DNA of 16,163 bases from a virus (taxonomy: Duplodnaviria > Heunggongvirae > Uroviricota > Caudoviricetes): IMG/VR virus record IMGVR_UViG_3300032242_001414, positions 73,079-89,241 of that record; one strand, given 5' to 3'. This document shows, piece after piece, positions 13,950 to 16,163 of this stretch. The stretch's first letter is position 1. The number at the start of each line of letters is the position of its first letter. The translations under genes were made by a program, and so were the position numbers. Under the pieces are notes generated by a model. It was not told the DNA's origin and made no database searches. It worked only from the letters and a program-made list of their open reading frames with translations.

Positions 13950-16163
13950 ATGGAAATACTTTGCCAAGGAGAACCTTGTCCAATTATACTGAGTAGTACC
14001 TGCGTTATATACGAAGGTCCTAACCTTGTTTATACAGGTATCAATACTAATGATAACTTAGAAATAGCATTACAAAAAATTGATGCTAGACTTGCTCATG
14101 TGAATGGCACATCAGGAACATCTGGTACTTCTGGAACATCTGGAAATGATGGAACCAGTGGTAGCTCAGGAACTTCTGGCACATCAGGAATAAGTGGTTC
14201 TAGTGGAACATCAGGAACCTCTGGTGAACGTGGAGCTCATGGAACAAATGGAACATCAGGAATTAATGGTACTAGTGGCACAGGAGGAACTAGTGGTACT
14301 AGTGGTTATACAGGAACAAGTGGTACAAGCGGAACTAGTGGAAGTAGAGGGTCAAGTGGTACAGCAGGTACATCTGGTACATCAGGTGTAAATGGTACAT
14401 CTGGTACTAGTGGAAGTAGTTCAACATCAGGATCTTCAGGAACAACTGGAACTAGTGGAACAAGTGGCACATCAGGCACAACTGGAATTGATGGTACATC
14501 AGGAACTAGTGGATCAAGTGGAAGTTCTTCAACTTCTGGAACAAGTGGAACCACTGGTACGTCAGGTACTTCAGCAACTAGTGGTAGTTCAGGTACAAGT
14601 GGTACTAATGGAACAGGTGGGACAAGTGGAACAAGTGGTACTTCTGCTACAAGTGGAACATCTGGAACTAGTGGTAGTACAGGTACTAGTGGAACAAGTG
14701 CTACATCTGGAAGCTCTGGAACTACTGGTTCAAGTGGATCTAGTGGTACATCAGGAACTAGCGGTACCAATGGTACAGGTGGTACTAGTGGAACAAGCGG
14801 AACTAGAGGCACTAGTGGAACAAGTGGAGTATCAGGTACATCAGGAACTACAGGTACATCTGGAACCTCTGGAACATCAGGAACTACTGGTTTGGGTGGT
14901 AATAGTATATTGTTTATTAGGAATAATGCTCCTATTAGTTTTGTAAACGGAAATTTCAATGTTTCATCATCTAGTACATTACAATTTGGAACTATTTTAC
15001 AATTATATCAAAATGATTTAAATGGTAATAGCATTTCAAATTGGGTAAACAATATTAGCGTAGGTTCAATTATTCAAATATTATATTATTCAGCTGGTAC
15101 ATCTGGTTCTAGTGGAGCTAATGTATATGCAACATATATAGCTACTAGCACTGCTGTTCCTAGTCTTGGTGTATATTCAATATCAGTAAGTTTTCTTAAT
15201 GGTAATGCTTCTTATACACTTGCTAATGGACAATATTGGTCAATATCTTATGTAAATCAAGGAACCTCTGGAACTGATGGTACAAGTGGAACTGATGGTA
15301 CAGGTGGAACTTCTGGAACTTCTGGCACTAGAGGTACATCAGGGACTAGTGGAACCACAGGAACAAGCGGTTCTTCTGGAACAACTGGTGCATCAGGTAC
15401 AAGTGGAACTACAGGTACTAGTGGAACTACTGGAACTAGTGGTACATCAGGTACAACTGGAACTAGTGGTACAACTGGAACTAGTGGTACCACAGGAACT
15501 AGTGGAACATCTGGTACCTCAGTATCAGTGAGTGGTACAACAAATACAGTGGTTAAATTCACAAGTTCAACTACCATAGGTAATAGTTCTATACAAGATT
15601 TAACAACAGGTGTATTAGTAAATAATAGTGTTACAGCATCAGGTGCTGTTGCTAGAGGTGTAAGTTTCACTCCTACATTAACTGCTGCTGCTAATAGTGA
15701 TGTATTATCAGGGTTGTATATAAATCCTACTTTTACTAATGGTGCTTTTACAGGGGTAAGTAACTATGCGTTGAATGTGAATGGGCAAAGCACTTTTTCA
15801 AACCTATTAACATTAAATTTTGCAGATGCTAATATTAAACTACAAGGAACAACAAGTCAGTATTTATTACAAATAGTAGATGCAAATAATAGATTTAGAA
15901 TTTTTGATAATGGTTCTAACCAAATAGAAAGATTTTCAATATCTTCTACTGGAAACGTAACTATTGGTCCAACTCTTTTAGGAGGTTCTAAACTACAAGT
16001 GAATGGTAATGCTGCTATTGGTTATTCATCATCTACCGCAGCACCTACTAATGGATTAGCGGTTGCAGCAAATGCAACAATAGGTACTTCAAGTAATACT
16101 GCATCATCTTCATTTGTTGTAAATAGTAGTGGAACTGCACCAAATTCTTGGGTAAGTGCCTTG
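13950..16163 (+). CDS. Tail fibre / collagen-register adhesin-like protein; 3'-truncated (738 codons in window); absent from the ORF track
   Basis: Manual translation from ATG 13950 (MEILCQGEPCPIILSSTCVIYEGPNLVYTGINTNDNLEIALQKIDARLAHVNGTSGTSG...) finds no stop before the window end (...SSGTAPNSWVSAL). It has two Gly-X-Y blocks and fibre-type motifs GTTNTVVKFTSSTTIGNSSI and ERFSISSTGNVTIG. Confidence 0.88.
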   Translation, partial: MEILCQGEPCPIILSSTCVIYEGPNLVYTGINTNDNLEIALQKIDARLAHVNGTSGTSGTSGTSGNDGTSGSSGTSGTSGISGSSGTSGTSGERGAHGTNGTSGINGTSGTGGTSGTSGYTGTSGTSGTSGSRGSSGTAGTSGTSGVNGTSGTSGSSSTSGSSGTTGTSGTSGTSGTTGIDGTSGTSGSSGSSSTSGTSGTTGTSGTSATSGSSGTSGTNGTGGTSGTSGTSATSGTSGTSGSTGTSGTSATSGSSGTTGSSGSSGTSGTSGTNGTGGTSGTSGTRGTSGTSGVSGTSGTTGTSGTSGTSGTTGLGGNSILFIRNNAPISFVNGNFNVSSSSTLQFGTILQLYQNDLNGNSISNWVNNISVGSIIQILYYSAGTSGSSGANVYATYIATSTAVPSLGVYSISVSFLNGNASYTLANGQYWSISYVNQGTSGTDGTSGTDGTGGTSGTSGTRGTSGTSGTTGTSGSSGTTGASGTSGTTGTSGTTGTSGTSGTTGTSGTTGTSGTTGTSGTSGTSVSVSGTTNTVVKFTSSTTIGNSSIQDLTTGVLVNNSVTASGAVARGVSFTPTLTAAANSDVLSGLYINPTFTNGAFTGVSNYALNVNGQSTFSNLLTLNFADANIKLQGTTSQYLLQIVDANNRFRIFDNGSNQIERFSISSTGNVTIGPTLLGGSKLQVNGNAAIGYSSSTAAPTNGLAVAANATIGTSSNTASSSFVVNSSGTAPNSWVSAL
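14106..14897 (+). repeat. Gly-X-Y triplet block 1 (88 triplets, consensus Gly-Thr-Ser)
   Basis: Unbroken 9-nt register. 83 of 88 triplets start with Gly, 2 with Ser and 3 with Ala; no Pro; synonymous codons highly varied. Confidence 0.95.
15261..15521 (+). repeat. Gly-X-Y triplet block 2 (29 triplets, GTS/GTT)
   Basis: All 29 triplets start with Gly; no Pro. Confidence 0.95.

Larger units (their letters stand above)
1..16163. other. Fragment of a crAss-like (Crassvirales-type) phage genome, cargo/RNAP-to-tail region
   Basis: DFDID single-chain RNAP, adjacent giant zincin/nuclease protein, fibre gene, co-directional dense packing and SD-less starts. No host genes, integrase or attachment site seen. 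Confidence 0.85.

Noticed and set aside
14106-15521. CRISPR array or DGR template/variable repeat pair
   Set aside because: It is a 9-nt coding periodicity with no repeat-spacer structure. Differences between copies are synonymous and not adenine-specific, and no reverse transcriptase is in the window.
14194-15670. Track ORFs 14194-14391, 14392-14946 and 15277-15531 (+) and 14306-14959 and 15257-15670 (-), with VP/LV/EL-rich products; one has a signal-peptide-like start (MKFPFTKLIGALFLINNILL)
   Set aside because: They are off-frame or antisense shadows of the GTS triplet array, which rarely creates stops in other frames. Third-position variation fits the 13950 frame.
1-16163. Stop-codon reassignment (TAG or TGA recoding known in some Crassvirales)
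   Set aside because: All three genes read through in the standard code with no in-frame TAG or TGA. Both visible stops are TAA, so recoding is unsupported, though not strictly excluded.

Overview
All three genes lie on the + strand, are densely packed and AT-rich, and look like the virion cargo/tail module of a crAss-like (Crassvirales-type) phage, probably infecting Bacteroidota. (1) A giant ORF is open from base 1 to the TAA at 9001-9003 (3000 codons in the window). It starts upstream, so the ORF-track GTG start at 115 is an artefact. It carries an unassigned N-terminal region, a degenerate zincin-like module and a single-chain two-barrel RNA polymerase with the crAss-type DFDID catalytic motif. 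(2) A translationally coupled 1641-aa protein (9003-13928) has a second degenerate zincin-like module, an apparently intact PD-(D/E)XK nuclease domain and a long helical C-terminal region. (3) A gene missed by the ORF track (ATG 13950, open to the window end, 738 codons) encodes a tail-fibre-like protein with two proline-free Gly-Thr-Ser triplet blocks. The small ORFs in the track are antisense or off-frame shadows. The most unusual observations are: nearly the only cysteines of the two giant proteins sit at their adjoining termini; the two HExxH motifs are reciprocally degenerate; the collagen-register fibre has no proline; the RNAP linker contains an 18% GC segment; and CpG is extremely depleted. 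All family assignments come from motif recognition by eye, not database searches.
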